Positions 8,764 to 29,531 of a DNA stretch of 48,056 bases are shown one piece after another. The notes beneath the pieces are model-generated. The model made no database searches. It was not told where the DNA came from and saw only the letters and a program-made list of their open reading frames with translations. Within the stretch, counting starts at the first letter, position 1; each line of letters opens with the position of its first letter. This DNA is from Rhodocyclaceae bacterium. GTDB lineage: Bacteria > Pseudomonadota > Gammaproteobacteria > Burkholderiales > UBA3065. The position numbers were made by a program, and so were the translations under genes. The stretch is from positions 1-48,056 of the forward strand of contig VEQZ01000003.1 of the NCBI GenBank assembly GCA_018882975.1, given 5' to 3'.

Positions 8764-9198
8764 ATGGCAAAGAAGATCGTCGGCTTCGTCAAGCTGCAGG
8801 TCCCCGCCGGCAAGGCCAATCCGTCGCCGCCGATTGGCCCGGCGCTCGGCCAGCGCGGCCTTAACATCATGGAGTTCTGCAAGGCGTTCAACGCCGCGAC
8901 CCAGGGCGTCGAGCCGGGTCTGCCGATCCCGGTGGTGATCACCGCCTACGCGGACAAGTCCTTCACCTTCGTGATGAAAACGCCGCCGGCCACGATTCTG
9001 GTCAAGAAGGCGGCCGGCATCCAGAAGGGCAGTCCCAAGCCGCACACCGACAAGGTCGGCAAGCTGACTCGCGCGCAAGCTGAAGAGATCGCAAAGACCA
9101 AGATGCCAGACCTCACCGCCGCGGACCTCGATGCGGCAGTACGGACGATCGCCGGCAGTGCCCGCAGCATGGGCATCGACGTGGAAGGGGTGGTGTAA
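8764..9198 (+). CDS. rplK: 50S ribosomal protein L11
   Basis: [34 protein letters not shown]. Confidence 0.99.
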   Translation: MAKKIVGFVKLQVPAGKANPSPPIGPALGQRGLNIMEFCKAFNAATQGVEPGLPIPVVITAYADKSFTFVMKTPPATILVKKAAGIQKGSPKPHTDKVGKLTRAQAEEIAKTKMPDLTAADLDAAVRTIAGSARSMGIDVEGVV

Positions 9199-9888
9199 AT
9201 GGCAAAGCTATCCAAGCGCGCGCAGGCCCTGCGTGCCAAGATCGACCGCAACCGCAACTACGCGCTTGATGAGGCCATCGGCCTGATCAGGGAGACCGCA
9301 ACCGCCAAATTCGACGAGAGTGTCGACATTGCCGTGATTCTCGGCGTCGATCCGCGCAAGTCCGACCAGGTGGTCCGCGGTTCGCTGGTGATGCCCGCCG
9401 GCACCGGCAAGACCGCCCGTGTCGCCGTCTTCGCCCAAGGCGCCAAGGCTGAAGAAGCCAAAGCGGCTGGCGCCGATGTGGTCGGCTTCGACGACCTCGC
9501 CGAGTCGATCAAGGGCGGCAATCTGGATTTCGATGTGGTCATCGCTACCCCCGACGCCATGCGCGTCGTCGGCGCGCTCGGCCAGATCCTCGGCCCACGC
9601 GGCCTGATGCCGAACCCCAAGGTGGGGACGGTGTCGATGGATGTCACCACTGCGGTGAAGAACGCCAAGGCCGGTCAGGTGCAGTACCGCACCGACAAGG
9701 CCGGCATCGTCCACGCCACCGTGGGCCGCGCCTCGTTCACGCCCGAGCAGTTGGGCAGCAATATCCGTGCCCTGATCGACGCCCTCAACAAGGCCAAGCC
9801 GGCTGCCGCCAAGGGCGTCTACCTGCGCAAGGTGGCGCTGTCGTCGACCATGGGTGGTGGCGTGCGCGTCGACGCGGCAACGTTGTAA
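9199..9888 (+). CDS. rplA: 50S ribosomal protein L1
   Basis: [23 protein letters not shown]. Confidence 0.99.
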   Translation: MAKLSKRAQALRAKIDRNRNYALDEAIGLIRETATAKFDESVDIAVILGVDPRKSDQVVRGSLVMPAGTGKTARVAVFAQGAKAEEAKAAGADVVGFDDLAESIKGGNLDFDVVIATPDAMRVVGALGQILGPRGLMPNPKVGTVSMDVTTAVKNAKAGQVQYRTDKAGIVHATVGRASFTPEQLGSNIRALIDALNKAKPAAAKGVYLRKVALSSTMGGGVRVDAATL

Positions 9889-9925
9889 AGACTTTGGGCT
9901 GCCGGGGGCGCATTCCCGGCAGGTT

Positions 9926-10110
9926 GTCAAAGACCGTAGGGGCGGCGCAGTCGGCCGCTTAAGCTGGAGAAGTTGACCTCCCTACGCAGATGGCGGTCCC
10001 CAGAACAGGTAACGGGGTGGCGCAAGCCACGTCGGGTGATGTGAACTCCGGTTCGCAGGCCAGCCTGATTGAGGTCGCCGATGGAATGTGCGCACTCCGG
10101 TGCGCACGGG
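9926..10110 (+). promoter_or_regulatory. rplJ (L10) leader RNA
   Basis: AAGACCGTAGG...TTAA...CCTACGCAGATGG pairing typical of proteobacterial L10 leaders; hairpin GTGCGCAC-TCCG-GTGCGCAC before the SD. Confidence 0.6.
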
Positions 10111-10127
10111 TGACAGGAGAGAAGACC

Positions 10128-10655
10128 TTGAGTCTCAATCTGGAAGGCAAGAAAGAGGTCGTTGCCGAGGTTGCTGCGCAAGTCGCATCGGCCAAGGCGA
10201 TCATCCTCGCCGAGTACCGGGGCCTGACCGTGGGCGATATGACCAAGCTGCGTGCCACCGCACGTCAGTCGGGTGTGTATCTGCGCGTGGTCAAAAACAC
10301 CTTGGTCCGGCGTGCCGTCAGCGAGACGCCGTTCGCCGGTCTGGCCGACCAAATGGTCGGTCCGCTTGCGTATGGCATTTCGACTGACCCGGTTGCAGCC
10401 GCCAAGGTGCTGAACGATTTCGCCAAGGGGAACGACAAGTTCGTCCTCAAGGGCGGCGCCATGCCCAATCAGGTCATGTCGTCGAAAGACGTCGCAGCAC
10501 TGGCGAGCCTGCCGAGCCGGGAGGAGTTGCTGGCGAAGTTGCTGGGCACCATGCAGGCGCCTGTGGCCAAGTTCGTTCGCACCCTCAACGAGGTGCCGAC
10601 CGCGTTCGTCCGCGCGACCGCTGCGGTCCGCGACCAGAAGGCGGCCGCTGCCTGA
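10128..10655 (+). CDS. rplJ: 50S ribosomal protein L10
   Basis: TTG start after AGGAG; [24 protein letters not shown]. The ORF-track 5' extension covers the leader. Confidence 0.97.
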   Translation: MSLNLEGKKEVVAEVAAQVASAKAIILAEYRGLTVGDMTKLRATARQSGVYLRVVKNTLVRRAVSETPFAGLADQMVGPLAYGISTDPVAAAKVLNDFAKGNDKFVLKGGAMPNQVMSSKDVAALASLPSREELLAKLLGTMQAPVAKFVRTLNEVPTAFVRATAAVRDQKAAAA

Positions 10656-10739
10656 GGCACTCGGCGAGACATCGTTTCAACGACCGTTCACATCATCAAG
10701 ACCCGGGCGCCATGCGCCCCCTAGCAAAGGAGTACTGAA

Positions 10740-11120
10740 ATGGCTGCAAGCAAGGCCGACATCCTCGACGCGATCGCGAACATGACTGTTCTTGACCTGT
10801 CCGAGCTGATCAAGGAAATGGAAGAGAAGTTCGGCGTGTCCGCTGCCGCGACCGCTGTTGCCGTGGCCGCCCCGGCCGCCGGCGCCGCCGCACCCGCCGC
10901 TGAAGAGAAGACTGAGTTCGACGTGATCCTCGCCGCTGCCGGCGAGAAGAAGGTCGAAGTGATCAAGGTCGTTCGCGCCGTGACCGGTCTCGGCCTGAAG
11001 GAAGCGAAGGATCTGGTCGACGGCGCTCCGAAGCCGGTCAAGGAAGCCATCAGCAAGGCCGATGCAGAATCCCTGAAGAAGCAGTTGGAAGACGCCGGCG
11101 CCAAGGTCGAAGTCAAGTAA
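10740..11120 (+). CDS. rplL: 50S ribosomal protein L7/L12
   Basis: [10 protein letters not shown] hinge, [10 protein letters not shown]...[11 protein letters not shown]...AGAKVEVK. Confidence 0.99.
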   Translation: MAASKADILDAIANMTVLDLSELIKEMEEKFGVSAAATAVAVAAPAAGAAAPAAEEKTEFDVILAAAGEKKVEVIKVVRAVTGLGLKEAKDLVDGAPKPVKEAISKADAESLKKQLEDAGAKVEVK

Positions 11121-11134
11121 CCGCGGTTGCCTTT

Positions 11135-11158
11135 GGGTGTCCGGCGTGCCGGACACCC
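11135..11158. other. Strong GC hairpin in the rplL-rpoB intergenic region
   Basis: GGGTGTCCGGC-GT-GCCGGACACCC inverted repeat; no downstream U-tract, so role uncertain. Confidence 0.45.
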
Positions 11159-11356
11159 CCACATACCCGGTCGGTTGCCGATCTTCGGCGACCGTCCTGC
11201 ATCAAGAGGAACGAGTACACACCGCTTGATCCGCATTGCCACTGATCACTGCCGTAGCCGTCACGCGGAGCTGCCCGAGGGGCAGCCCGGTGGCGGCGTT
11301 CGTTCCGTTCTGGCTACCCAGCCACCCCCGAAGTTGGTTTGATCACCGGAGATGTC

Positions 11357-15643
<4,287 letters not shown>

Positions 15644-15658
15644 CCGGAGACCGACGAC

Positions 15659-19905
<4,247 letters not shown>

Positions 19906-19909
<4 letters not shown>

Positions 19910-19935
19910 CACCGGGGGCCTGGTGTCTTTAGACT
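19906..19935 (+). promoter_or_regulatory. Putative sigma70 promoter of the str operon
   Basis: TTGACA (19906-19911, overlapping the rpoC stop), 18 bp spacer, TAGACT (19930-19935). Confidence 0.65.
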
Positions 19936-19987
19936 CCGGCCTCTTTTTTAGTACCCGGGCAGGCGCCTTTGCGACCGAGCCCGAGAT

Positions 19988-20016
19988 CGGGGCGGCCGGT
20001 GCCGTCCCGCTTTTTT
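19988..20016 (+). terminator. Terminator-like hairpin in the rpsL leader
   Basis: CGGGGCGGC-CGGT-GCCGTCCCG followed by C-TTTTTT. Confidence 0.45.
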
Positions 20017-20026
20017 GGAAACGAAC

Positions 20027-20401
20027 ATGCCAACCATCAGCCAGTTGCTGCGCAAAGGCCGCGAGCCGGTGCAGTCCAAGAGCAAGGTGCCGGCGCTTAA
20101 CGCCAGCCCGCAGAAGCGCGGCGTTTGCACCCGCGTCTACACCACCACGCCGAAGAAGCCGAATTCGGCGCTGCGCAAGGTCTGCAAGGTACGCCTGACC
20201 AACGGGTTCGAGGTCATCTCGTACATCGGTGGCGAAGGTCACAACCTGCAGGAGCACTCGGTGGTTCTGATCCGCGGCGGTCGCGTCAAGGATCTTCCGG
20301 GTGTCCGTTACCACACCGTCCGCGGGTCGCTCGACACCGCCGGCGTCAAGGACCGCAAGCAGTCGCGCTCGAAGTACGGCGCCAAGCGGCCCAAGGCCTG
20401 A
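20027..20401 (+). CDS. rpsL: 30S ribosomal protein S12
   Basis: [28 protein letters not shown]. Confidence 0.99.
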   Translation: MPTISQLLRKGREPVQSKSKVPALNASPQKRGVCTRVYTTTPKKPNSALRKVCKVRLTNGFEVISYIGGEGHNLQEHSVVLIRGGRVKDLPGVRYHTVRGSLDTAGVKDRKQSRSKYGAKRPKA

Positions 20402-20413
20402 TAGGGGTTCACC

Positions 20414-20884
20414 ATGCCACGTCGTCGCGAAGTACCCAAACGCGTCATCCTTGCCGACCCGAAGTTCGGCAGTGTTGACCTGACCAAATTCATCAACGTC
20501 CTCATGCTCGACGGCAAGAAGGCGGTGGCCGAGCGCATCGCCTACGGCGCGCTGAACAATATCTCGGGCAAGACCGGCAAGGATCCGCTCGAGGTCTTCA
20601 ACCTCGCGGTGAGCAACGCCAAGCCGATGGTCGAAGTCAAGAGTCGCCGCGTCGGCGGTGCCAACTACCAGGTGCCGGTGGAAGTCCGCCCGTCGCGTCG
20701 TGCGGCGCTGGCCATGCGCTGGCTGCGCGACTCCGCCCGCAAGCGCGGCGAGAAGTCGATGGATGCTCGTTTGGCCGCGGAACTGATCGAGGCCGCCGAG
20801 AACCGCGGTGGCGCCATCAAGAAGCGCGAAGAGGTGCACCGCATGGCCGAAGCCAACAAGGCGTTCTCGCACTTCCGCTTCTGA
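20414..20884 (+). CDS. rpsG: 30S ribosomal protein S7
   Basis: [32 protein letters not shown]. Confidence 0.99.
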   Translation: MPRRREVPKRVILADPKFGSVDLTKFINVLMLDGKKAVAERIAYGALNNISGKTGKDPLEVFNLAVSNAKPMVEVKSRRVGGANYQVPVEVRPSRRAALAMRWLRDSARKRGEKSMDARLAAELIEAAENRGGAIKKREEVHRMAEANKAFSHFRF

Positions 20885-20942
20885 TCCGCCTCGCCCGATC
20901 CGTTTCGCCCAAAACTGACTCACCGCCTCCAAGGACTGTACC

Positions 20943-23036
20943 GTGGCCCGCACCACCCCCATCGACCGCTACCGCAACATCGGCATCTCGGCTCACATCG
21001 ACGCCGGCAAGACCACCACCACCGAGCGCATCCTGTTCTATACAGGCGTCAACCACAAGATCGGTGAGGTGCACGAAGGTGCGGCCACGATGGACTGGAT
21101 GGAGCAGGAGCAGGAGCGGGGCATCACCATCACTTCGGCGGCCACCACTTGCTTCTGGAAGGGCATGGCCAGCAACTTCCCCGAGCACCGCATCAACATC
21201 ATCGACACCCCGGGACACGTAGACTTCACCATTGAGGTGGAGCGTTCTATGCGCGTTCTCGACGGCGCGTGCATGGTCTACTGCGCGGTGGGCGGCGTGC
21301 AGCCGCAGTCGGAGACGGTGTGGCGCCAAGCCAACAAATACCGTGTGCCGCGTTTGGCCTTCGTCAACAAGATGGACCGTCAGGGCGCCGACTTCTTCAA
21401 GGTGCATGATCAGATGCGTGCGCGCCTCAAGGCCAATCCGATCCCGATTCAGATCCCGGTTGGCGCCGAGGACCATTTCACCGGCGTGATCGACCTGATC
21501 AAGATGCGTTCGATCATTTGGGACGACGCCAGCCAAGGCACCAAGTTCGAGTATGGCGAGATCCCGGCCGAACTCAAGGACAAGGCCGTCGAATGGCGCG
21601 AGAAGATGCTCGAAGCCGCCGCCGAGGCTTCCGAAGAGATGATGGAGAAGTACCTCGGCGAGGGCGACCTGACCGAGGAAGAGCTCAAGAGGGCGCTGCG
21701 CGAGCGCACCGTCAAGGGCGAGATCGTCCCCATGCTTTGCGGCTCGGCGTTCAAGAACAAGGGCGTGCAGGCCATGCTCGACGCCGTCATCGAATTCCTG
21801 CCGGCGCCAGCCGACATCCCGCCGGTGTCTGGTACCGACGAGAAGGACAACCCGGACAGCCGCAAAGCCGAAGATGGCGAGAAATTCTCGGCGCTGGCAT
21901 TCAAGCTGATGACCGACAAGTTCGTCGGCCAACTCACCTTCATCCGCGTCTACTCGGGCGTGGTCAAAACCGGCGATTCGGTCTACAACCCGATCAAGGG
22001 CAAGAAGGAGCGCATCGGCCGTCTGGTGCAGATGCATGCCAACAAGCGCGAGGAGATCGAGGAAGTGCGCGCCGGCGACATCGCCGCCGCTATCGGTCTG
22101 TCGCAGGTCACCACCGGGGAGACGCTGTGCGACCCGGACAAGGTCATTACGCTCGAGCGGATGGAGTTTCCCGAGCCGGTGATTCACGTCGCGGTGGAGC
22201 CCAAGACCAAGGCCGACCAGGAAAAAATGGGCTTGGCGCTGGGTCGTCTGGCGCAGGAAGACCCCTCATTCCGCGTGCGCACTGACGAAGAATCCGGTCA
22301 GACCATCATCTCGGGCATGGGCGAACTGCACCTCGAGATCATCGTCGACCGCATGAAACGCGAGTTCAACGTAGAGGCGAACGTCGGTGCGCCGCAGGTG
22401 GCCTACCGTGAAGCCATCCGCGGCTCGGTCGAGATCGAAGGCAAGTTTGTCAAGCAGTCGGGCGGTCGCGGCCAGTACGGCCACGTCTGGCTCAAGCTCG
22501 AACCGGCCGAGGCTGGCAAGGGCTTCGAGTTCGTCGATGCCATCAAGGGCGGTACGGTGCCGCGCGAGTACATCCCTGCGGTCGAGAAGGGCCTTGTCGA
22601 CTCCCTCGGCAGCGGCGTGCTCGCTGGCTTCCCAGTGGTCGACATCAAGGCGACCCTGTTCGACGGCTCATACCACGACGTCGATTCGAACGAGAACGCC
22701 TTCCGTATGGCCGCCTCGATGGCCTTCAAGGACGGCTGCCGCAAGGCCCAGCCGGTTCTGCTCGAGCCGATCATGGCGGTCGAAGTCGAGACCCCGGAAG
22801 AGAAGATGGGCGACGTGATGGGTGATCTGTCGTCCCGCCGCGGCGTCATTCAGGGCATGGACGACATGGCTGGCGGCGGCAAGGCCGTCCGCTGCGAGGT
22901 GCCGCTGTCGGAGATGTTCGGTTACTCCACCACGCTGCGTTCGCTGACCCAGGGTCGCGCCACCTACAGCATGGAGTTCAAGCACTACTCGGAAGCGCCG
23001 CGCAACGTCGCCGACGCCATCATCAACAAGAAGTAA
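20943..23036 (+). CDS. fusA: Elongation factor G
   Basis: GTG start; [27 protein letters not shown]. Confidence 0.99.
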   Translation: MARTTPIDRYRNIGISAHIDAGKTTTTERILFYTGVNHKIGEVHEGAATMDWMEQEQERGITITSAATTCFWKGMASNFPEHRINIIDTPGHVDFTIEVERSMRVLDGACMVYCAVGGVQPQSETVWRQANKYRVPRLAFVNKMDRQGADFFKVHDQMRARLKANPIPIQIPVGAEDHFTGVIDLIKMRSIIWDDASQGTKFEYGEIPAELKDKAVEWREKMLEAAAEASEEMMEKYLGEGDLTEEELKRALRERTVKGEIVPMLCGSAFKNKGVQAMLDAVIEFLPAPADIPPVSGTDEKDNPDSRKAEDGEKFSALAFKLMTDKFVGQLTFIRVYSGVVKTGDSVYNPIKGKKERIGRLVQMHANKREEIEEVRAGDIAAAIGLSQVTTGETLCDPDKVITLERMEFPEPVIHVAVEPKTKADQEKMGLALGRLAQEDPSFRVRTDEESGQTIISGMGELHLEIIVDRMKREFNVEANVGAPQVAYREAIRGSVEIEGKFVKQSGGRGQYGHVWLKLEPAEAGKGFEFVDAIKGGTVPREYIPAVEKGLVDSLGSGVLAGFPVVDIKATLFDGSYHDVDSNENAFRMAASMAFKDGCRKAQPVLLEPIMAVEVETPEEKMGDVMGDLSSRRGVIQGMDDMAGGGKAVRCEVPLSEMFGYSTTLRSLTQGRATYSMEFKHYSEAPRNVADAIINKK

Positions 23037-23066
23037 CCACCCAGACATCCAGCAGGAGCGCACATC

Positions 23067-24257
23067 ATGGCAAAGGAAAAGTTCGAGCGGACCAAGCCGC
23101 ACGTGAATGTGGGGACGATTGGTCACGTGGACCATGGCAAGACGACATTGACGGCGGCGATCACGACGATCCTGTCGAAGAAGCATGGTGGTGAGGCCAA
23201 GGGTTACGCGGACATTGATTCGGCGCCGGAGGAGAAGGCGCGCGGGATCACGATCAACACGGCGCACGTGGAGTACGAGACGGAGTCGCGTCACTACGCG
23301 CACGTGGACTGCCCGGGTCACGCCGACTACGTGAAGAACATGATTACTGGCGCGGCGCAGATGGACGGCGCGATTCTGGTGGTGTCGGCGGCTGACGGTC
23401 CGATGCCGCAGACGCGCGAGCACATTCTGCTGGCGCGTCAGGTGGGTGTGCCTTACATCATCGTGTTCATGAACAAGGCGGACATGGTGGATGACGCCGA
23501 GCTGCTTGAGCTGGTCGAGATGGAAGTGCGCGAGCTGCTGTCCAAGTACGATTTCCCGGGTGATGACATCCCCATTGTCATTGGTTCGGCGCTGAAGGCG
23601 TTGGAAGGTGACCAGTCGGACATCGGCGAAGGCGCGATCATGAAGCTGGCGGCGGCGCTGGACAGCTACATTCCGACGCCGGAGCGTGCCATTGACAAGC
23701 CGTTCCTGCTGCCGATCGAAGACGTGTTCTCGATCTCGGGTCGTGGCACGGTGGTGACGGGTCGTGTTGAGCGCGGCATCGTCAAGGTCGGTGAGGAAAT
23801 CGAGATCGTTGGTATCAAGCCGACGGTGAAGACCACCTGCACCGGTGTTGAGATGTTCCGCAAGCTGCTTGACCAGGGTCAGGCGGGTGACAACGTTGGT
23901 GTGCTGCTGCGTGGCACCAAGCGTGAGGACGTGGAGCGTGGTCAGGTGCTGGCCAAGCCGGGCAGCATCACGCCGCACACCAAGTTCACGGCGGAGATCT
24001 ATGTGTTGAGCAAGGACGAGGGTGGTCGTCACACGCCGTTCTTCAATGGCTACCGTCCGCAGTTCTATTTCCGCACCACGGATGTGACGGGTGCGATCGA
24101 ATTGCCGGAAGGCACCGAGATGGTGATGCCGGGCGACAACGTGTCGATCACGGCGGCGCTGATTGCGCCGATCGCGATGGAAGAGGGCTTGCGTTTCGCC
24201 ATTCGCGAAGGCGGCCGCACCGTCGGCGCCGGCGTCGTGGCAAAGATCATCGAGTAA
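23067..24257 (+). CDS. tuf: Elongation factor Tu (str operon copy)
   Basis: Protein identical to 6439-7629. Confidence 0.99.
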   Translation: MAKEKFERTKPHVNVGTIGHVDHGKTTLTAAITTILSKKHGGEAKGYADIDSAPEEKARGITINTAHVEYETESRHYAHVDCPGHADYVKNMITGAAQMDGAILVVSAADGPMPQTREHILLARQVGVPYIIVFMNKADMVDDAELLELVEMEVRELLSKYDFPGDDIPIVIGSALKALEGDQSDIGEGAIMKLAAALDSYIPTPERAIDKPFLLPIEDVFSISGRGTVVTGRVERGIVKVGEEIEIVGIKPTVKTTCTGVEMFRKLLDQGQAGDNVGVLLRGTKREDVERGQVLAKPGSITPHTKFTAEIYVLSKDEGGRHTPFFNGYRPQFYFRTTDVTGAIELPEGTEMVMPGDNVSITAALIAPIAMEEGLRFAIREGGRTVGAGVVAKIIE

Positions 24258-24261
24258 ACGC

Positions 24262-24289
24262 TTGCCAGCCTCGGAAAGCCCGCTATAAT
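24262..24289 (+). promoter_or_regulatory. sigma70 promoter of the S10 operon
   Basis: TTGCCA (24262-24267), 16 bp spacer, TATAAT (24284-24289). Confidence 0.65.
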
Positions 24290-24307
24290 CGCGGGCTTTT
24301 CGTTTTT
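24275..24307 (+). terminator. Intrinsic terminator after tuf
   Basis: AAAGCCCGC-TATAATC-GCGGGCTTT followed by TCGTTTTT. Confidence 0.7.
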
Positions 24308-24330
24308 CGCTCTTTACAGGAAGCCGTTCC

Positions 24331-24642
24331 ATGCAAGGTCAAAAGATTCGCATTCGCCTCAAGGCTTTCGACTACCGTCTGATCGACCAGTCGGCCCTTG
24401 AGATCGTCGAGACCGCCAAGCGCTCGGGCGCCGTCGTGAAGGGCCCGGTGCCGTTGCCGACCCGCATCGAACGCTTCGATGTGTTGCGCTCACCGCATGT
24501 CAACAAGACCTCTCGCGACCAGTTTGAGATCCGCACTCACCAGCGCCTGATGGACATCGTCAACCCGACCGACAAGACCGTCGATCTGTTGATGAAGCTC
24601 GACCTGCCGGCAGGTGTCGACGTCGAGATCAAGCTGCAGTGA
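24331..24642 (+). CDS. rpsJ: 30S ribosomal protein S10
   Basis: [24 protein letters not shown]. Confidence 0.99.
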   Translation: MQGQKIRIRLKAFDYRLIDQSALEIVETAKRSGAVVKGPVPLPTRIERFDVLRSPHVNKTSRDQFEIRTHQRLMDIVNPTDKTVDLLMKLDLPAGVDVEIKLQ

Positions 24643-24756
24643 GCGTGCCCCCGGGAACCGCTCAATCGCGCTTTCAGGCAGTTCTATTTTCGTAGCCCAG
24701 CAGTTCCATAAACCGCCGGTCAATCGCAACCGGCACCCGTTTCAGGGGAAATAAAC

Positions 24757-25401
24757 ATGAGTCTAGGTCTTGTAGGCCGAAAGGTCGGCATGACTCGGGT
24801 ATTTGGCGACGATGGCGCGTCGATACCGGTCACCGTGCTCGATCTTTCCAACAACCGCGTGGTCGGCACCCGTACGCCGGACGCCAACGGCTACAGCGCC
24901 GTGCAGGTAGCCTTCGGCGAGCGCCGTGCCAGCCGCATCACCAAGCCGGTCGCCGGGCAATACGCCAAGGCCGGTGTCGAGGCGGGTCGCGGCATCCACG
25001 AATTCCAGGTGGACGTGGCGGCACTGGGCGACTTCGCCCCGGGCAAGTCGCTGTCGGTCGAGATCTTCGCCGTCGGGCAGAAGGTCGACGTGACCGGCAC
25101 CAGCCAGGGCAAGGGCTTCAGCGGCCCGATCAAGCGTCACAATTTCAGCTCGAACCGTGCCAGTCACGGCAACTCGATCTCGCACAACTCGCCGGGCTCG
25201 ATCGGCATGGCGCAGGACCCGGGCCGCGTGTTTCCGGGCAAGCGCATGGCCGGTCACTATGGTGCTGCCAAGCGCACCACGCTCAACCTCGAAGTGGTCC
25301 GCGTCGATGCCGAGCGCCAGTTGTTGCTGGTCCGCGGCGCGGTACCCGGCTCCAAAGGCTCGGACGTGGTCGTGCGTCCGGCGATTAAGGGAGGCGCCTA
25401 A
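24757..25401 (+). CDS. rplC: 50S ribosomal protein L3
   Basis: [29 protein letters not shown]. Confidence 0.99.
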   Translation: MSLGLVGRKVGMTRVFGDDGASIPVTVLDLSNNRVVGTRTPDANGYSAVQVAFGERRASRITKPVAGQYAKAGVEAGRGIHEFQVDVAALGDFAPGKSLSVEIFAVGQKVDVTGTSQGKGFSGPIKRHNFSSNRASHGNSISHNSPGSIGMAQDPGRVFPGKRMAGHYGAAKRTTLNLEVVRVDAERQLLLVRGAVPGSKGSDVVVRPAIKGGA

Positions 25402-26024
25402 TGGAACTGGCACTCATCAATGAACAAGGCGCGCCCGTGCAGGGGGGCGTCGCCGCGTCCGACGCGCTGTTCGGCCGCGACTACAACGAGTCGCTGGTCC
25501 ACCAACTGGTCGCCGCCTTCCTCGCTAATGCGCGTCAGGGCACGCGTGCCCAGAAGGGCCGCAGCGAGATCGCCAAGTCGACGCGCAAGCCCTGGAAGCA
25601 GAAGGGCACCGGCCGTGCGCGCGCCGGTATGGCCTCGAGTCCGATCTGGCGTGGCGGCGGCAAGATCTTCCCGAACCTGCCGGAAGAGAACTTCACGCAG
25701 AAGGTCAATCGCAAGATGTACCGCGTGGGCATGGCAACGATTCTCTCGCAGCTGGCCCGCGAGGAGCGCCTGTCGGTGGTCGAGAGCTTCGATGTCGAAG
25801 CGCCCAAGACCAAGCTGTTGGCGCAGCGTCTGGATGCCATGGGGCTGAAGGAAGTCCTGATCATCACCGACGAGGTGAGCGAGAACTTGTACCTGTCGTG
25901 CCGCAATCTGCCGCACGTCTACGTGGTGCCGGTCAGCCACGCCGACCCGGTCAGCCTGGTCGGTTCGCGCAAGGTCCTGGTGACCAAGGCGGCGGTGGCC
26001 AAGATGGAGGAGATGTGGGCATGA
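25401..26024 (+). CDS. rplD: 50S ribosomal protein L4
   Basis: [22 protein letters not shown]. Confidence 0.99.
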   Translation: MELALINEQGAPVQGGVAASDALFGRDYNESLVHQLVAAFLANARQGTRAQKGRSEIAKSTRKPWKQKGTGRARAGMASSPIWRGGGKIFPNLPEENFTQKVNRKMYRVGMATILSQLAREERLSVVESFDVEAPKTKLLAQRLDAMGLKEVLIITDEVSENLYLSCRNLPHVYVVPVSHADPVSLVGSRKVLVTKAAVAKMEEMWA

Positions 26025-26326
26025 GCACCATCACACAGGAACGTATCTATCAGGTGCTGCTCGCGCCGCACATCTCGGAGAAGAGCACTTTCGTCGCCGA
26101 GCGCAACAACCAGGTCGTCTTCCGCGTCGCTTCGGACGCCACCAAGCCCGAGATCAAGGCGGCTGTCGAGGCCCTGTTCAAGGTCGACGTCGAGTCGGTG
26201 CAGGTGGTCAACGTCAAAGGCAAGCAGAAGCGTTTCGGCCGGTTCACCGGTCGCCGCAGCGATGTCCGCAAGGCCTACGTCGGCATCAAGGCCGGCCAAG
26301 ACCTCGACCTCACGATGGGGGCCTGA
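26021..26326 (+). CDS. rplW: 50S ribosomal protein L23
   Basis: ATGA overlap with rplD; [23 protein letters not shown]. Confidence 0.98.
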   Translation: MSTITQERIYQVLLAPHISEKSTFVAERNNQVVFRVASDATKPEIKAAVEALFKVDVESVQVVNVKGKQKRFGRFTGRRSDVRKAYVGIKAGQDLDLTMGA

Positions 26327-26328
26327 AC

Positions 26329-27168
26329 ATGGCACTGATCAAAGTCAAACCGACCTCCGCCGGCCGTCGCGCCGTCGTCAAGGTCGTCAACCCGGATCTG
26401 CACAAGGGCAAGCCGGTCGCCGGCCTGATCGAGCGCAAGAACCGCACCGCCGGCCGCAACAACAACGGCCACATCACCACCCGTCACATGGGCGGTGGAC
26501 ACAAGAAGCACTACCGCGTGGTCGACTTCAAGCGCAATGACAAGGACGGCATCCCGGCGCGCGTCGAGCGTCTGGAATACGACCCCAACCGCAGTGCCAA
26601 TCTGGCCTTGCTGTGCTACGCCGACGGTGAGCGTCGTTACATCCTCGCGCCGCGTGGCGTGAGCGCCGGCGCGCAGATCGTCAACGGTTCCGAGGCGCCC
26701 ATCAAGCCGGGAAACTCGCTGCCGCTGCGCAACATCCCGGTGGGCTCGACCATCCACTGCATCGAGATGCTGCCCGGCAAGGGCGCGCAACTGGCGCGCG
26801 CTGCAGGCACCTCGGTCCAGCTGCTGGCGCGTGAGGGCGTTTACGCTCAACTTCGTCTGCGTTCGGGCGAGATCCGCAAGGTCCACGTCGATTGCCGCGC
26901 CACCATCGGCGAGGTCGGCAACGAGGAGCACTCGCTGCGCTCCATCGGCAAGGCCGGCGCGCAGCGCTGGCGCGGAATCCGTCCGACGGTTCGAGGCGCC
27001 GCCATGAACGCCGTTGACCACCCGCACGGTGGTGGCGAGGGCAAGGCCGGTCAGGGCAACCCGCACCCGGTTAGCCCGTGGGGCCAGCCGACCAAGGGCT
27101 ACCGTACCCGTCGCAACAAGCGCACGAACAGCATGATCGTTCGTCGCCGTCACGCCACCAAGGGATAA
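26329..27168 (+). CDS. rplB: 50S ribosomal protein L2
   Basis: [23 protein letters not shown]. Confidence 0.99.
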   Translation: MALIKVKPTSAGRRAVVKVVNPDLHKGKPVAGLIERKNRTAGRNNNGHITTRHMGGGHKKHYRVVDFKRNDKDGIPARVERLEYDPNRSANLALLCYADGERRYILAPRGVSAGAQIVNGSEAPIKPGNSLPLRNIPVGSTIHCIEMLPGKGAQLARAAGTSVQLLAREGVYAQLRLRSGEIRKVHVDCRATIGEVGNEEHSLRSIGKAGAQRWRGIRPTVRGAAMNAVDHPHGGGEGKAGQGNPHPVSPWGQPTKGYRTRRNKRTNSMIVRRRHATKG

Positions 27169-27171
27169 GCA

Positions 27172-27447
27172 ATGGCACGTTCAATCAAGAAGGGCCCGTT
27201 CTGCGACCACCATCTGGTCAAGAAGGCCGAGACCGCGCGTGCGACCAACGACAAGCGGCCGGTCAAGACCTGGTCGCGCCGCTCCACCGTCCTGCCCGAC
27301 TTCGTCGGCCTGACCATCGCCATTCATAACGGCCGTCAGCACGTTCCCGTGCTCATCAACGAGAACATGGTCGGCCACAAGCTCGGCGAGTTCGCCCTGA
27401 CCCGCACCTTCAAGGGTCACTCGGCGGACAAGAAGGCCAAGAAGTAA
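27172..27447 (+). CDS. rpsS: 30S ribosomal protein S19
   Basis: [25 protein letters not shown]. Confidence 0.99.
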   Translation: MARSIKKGPFCDHHLVKKAETARATNDKRPVKTWSRRSTVLPDFVGLTIAIHNGRQHVPVLINENMVGHKLGEFALTRTFKGHSADKKAKK

Positions 27448-27457
27448 GGAGACGACG

Positions 27458-27787
27458 ATGCCAACCAAAGCCATCCTGCGTGGCGTCCGCCTCTCGGCCC
27501 AAAAGGGCCGCTTGGTGGCCGATCAGATCCGGGGCCTCCCGGTCGACCGCGCCCTCAACATCCTCGCCTTCAGCCCCAAGCGTGGTGCCGAGATCATCAA
27601 GAAAGTGCTCGAGTCGGCCATCGCCAATGCCGAGCACAACGATGGTGCCGACATCGATACGCTCAGGGTGACAAGCATCTACATCGACCGCGGGACCTTC
27701 ATGCGTCGCTTCACCGCGCGCGCCAAGGGCCGCGGCGACCGCATCATGAAGCCAACGTGTCACATCACGTTGACGGTCGGTAATTAA
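27458..27787 (+). CDS. rplV: 50S ribosomal protein L22
   Basis: [27 protein letters not shown]. Confidence 0.99.
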   Translation: MPTKAILRGVRLSAQKGRLVADQIRGLPVDRALNILAFSPKRGAEIIKKVLESAIANAEHNDGADIDTLRVTSIYIDRGTFMRRFTARAKGRGDRIMKPTCHITLTVGN

Positions 27788-27796
27788 GGAGCGCAC

Positions 27797-28504
27797 ATGG
27801 GACAGAAAATCAGCCCGCGCGGCTTCCGCCTGAGTGTGACTCGTGACTGGGACAGCCGCTGGTACGCCAGTAGCAAGACCTTTCCGACCCTGCTCAACGA
27901 AGACGTCAAGGTCCGCGGCTTTTTGAAGAAGAAACTACGCGGTGCGGCGGTCAGTCGCGTCGTCATCGAGCGGCCGGCAAAGAACGCGCGCATCACCATT
28001 CACAGCGGCCGCCCCGGCGTCGTCATCGGCAAGAAGGGCGAGGACATCGAGGCACTGAAGACGACGCTGCAGAAGATGATGGGCGTACCGGTACACGTCA
28101 ACATTGAGGAAGTGCGCAAACCGGAGACCGACGCCCAACTGGTCGCCGACAACATCGCGCAGCAACTCGAGAAGCGCATCATGTTCCGCCGTGCCATGCG
28201 CCGCGCCATCCAGAACGCCATGCGTCTGGGCGCTCAGGGCATCAAGATCATGAGCGCCGGCCGCCTCAACGGTGCCGAGATCGCGCGCACCGAGTGGTAT
28301 CGCGAGGGCCGTGTGCCCCTGCATACCCTGCGCGCCAATATCGATTACGCCACGTCCGAGGCGCTGACGACCTACGGGATCATCGGCATCAAGGTCTGGA
28401 TCTACAAAGGTGAGGTGCTGGGGCAGGGCGAATCGCCCGCCGCTGCGCCGGAAGCGGAAAAACGAGTGAGAAAGGCGGGCCCTAAGAATGTTGCAGCCGT
28501 CTAG
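27797..28504 (+). CDS. rpsC: 30S ribosomal protein S3
   Basis: [30 protein letters not shown]; overlaps rplP by 17 nt. Confidence 0.99.
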   Translation: MGQKISPRGFRLSVTRDWDSRWYASSKTFPTLLNEDVKVRGFLKKKLRGAAVSRVVIERPAKNARITIHSGRPGVVIGKKGEDIEALKTTLQKMMGVPVHVNIEEVRKPETDAQLVADNIAQQLEKRIMFRRAMRRAIQNAMRLGAQGIKIMSAGRLNGAEIARTEWYREGRVPLHTLRANIDYATSEALTTYGIIGIKVWIYKGEVLGQGESPAAAPEAEKRVRKAGPKNVAAV

Positions 28505-28904
28505 AACCAAGTACCGGAAGGTCCAGAAGAGCCGCAACACCGGCGTCGCGACACGCGGCAACAAGGTGAGTTTCGGCGACTTCGGCCTCAAGGCGGTGGC
28601 GCGGGGTCGCATCACCGCACGTCAGATCGAGGCGGCTCGGCGTGCCATGACCCGGCACATCAAGCGCGGCGGCCGGATCTGGATCCGCATCTTCCCGGAC
28701 AAGCCGATTTCCAAGAAGCCGGCCGAAGTCCGCATGGGTGGCGGTAAGGGCAGCCCGGAGTACTGGGTCGCCGAGATCCAGCCGGGCAAGATGCTTTACG
28801 AGATGGACGGCGTCCCCGAGGCGCTGGCGCGCGAGGCGTTCCGCCTAGCTGCCGCCAAGCTGCCCATCGCCACCACCTTCGTTCTCCGTCACATCGGGAG
28901 TTAA
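28488..28904 (+). CDS. rplP: 50S ribosomal protein L16
   Basis: [25 protein letters not shown]. Confidence 0.99.
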   Translation: MLQPSRTKYRKVQKSRNTGVATRGNKVSFGDFGLKAVARGRITARQIEAARRAMTRHIKRGGRIWIRIFPDKPISKKPAEVRMGGGKGSPEYWVAEIQPGKMLYEMDGVPEALAREAFRLAAAKLPIATTFVLRHIGS

Positions 28905-28907
28905 GCC

Positions 28908-29095
28908 ATGAAGGCGAGCGAACTTCGCAGCAAGTCGGTCGATGAGCTCAACGCCGAACTGCTGGACCTGCTCAAGGCCCAGTTCTCGGCGCGCATGCAG
29001 CAGGCGACCCAGCAGTTGACCAATACCAGCCAGCTCAAACAGGTGCGCCGCGACATTGCGCGGGTGCGCACCCTTCTGCGTGAAAAGGCACAAGC

Positions 29096-29099
<4 letters not shown>
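28908..29099 (+). CDS. rpmC: 50S ribosomal protein L29
   Basis: MKASELR...RRDIARVRT. Confidence 0.98.
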
Positions 29100-29359
<260 letters not shown>

Positions 29360-29389
29360 CGGCTTTACACTGCTTGCACACCGGGGGTG

Positions 29390-29419
29390 TTGCAAAGCAC
29401 ATCGTTTTCCGGCTAGAAT
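29390..29419 (+). promoter_or_regulatory. Putative spc operon promoter
   Basis: TTGCAA (29390-29395), 18 bp spacer, TAGAAT (29414-29419). Confidence 0.6.
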
Positions 29420-29531
29420 CTACGGCTTAGCTTTTCTCGCTCGGGCGCAGGCCCGAGTCCCAGCCCAGGGCTTTGGCCCGCACGGGTTCCAAGACTGGCG
29501 GTCTCCGGGGCGCCAAGTTGGAGATGACATC

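Noticed and set aside
28488-28504. 17-nt rpsC/rplP overlap (also the 20-nt convergent MFS/DUF2069 overlap at 46591-46610)
   Set aside because: Short overlaps are ordinary in compact operons; both proteins look complete.
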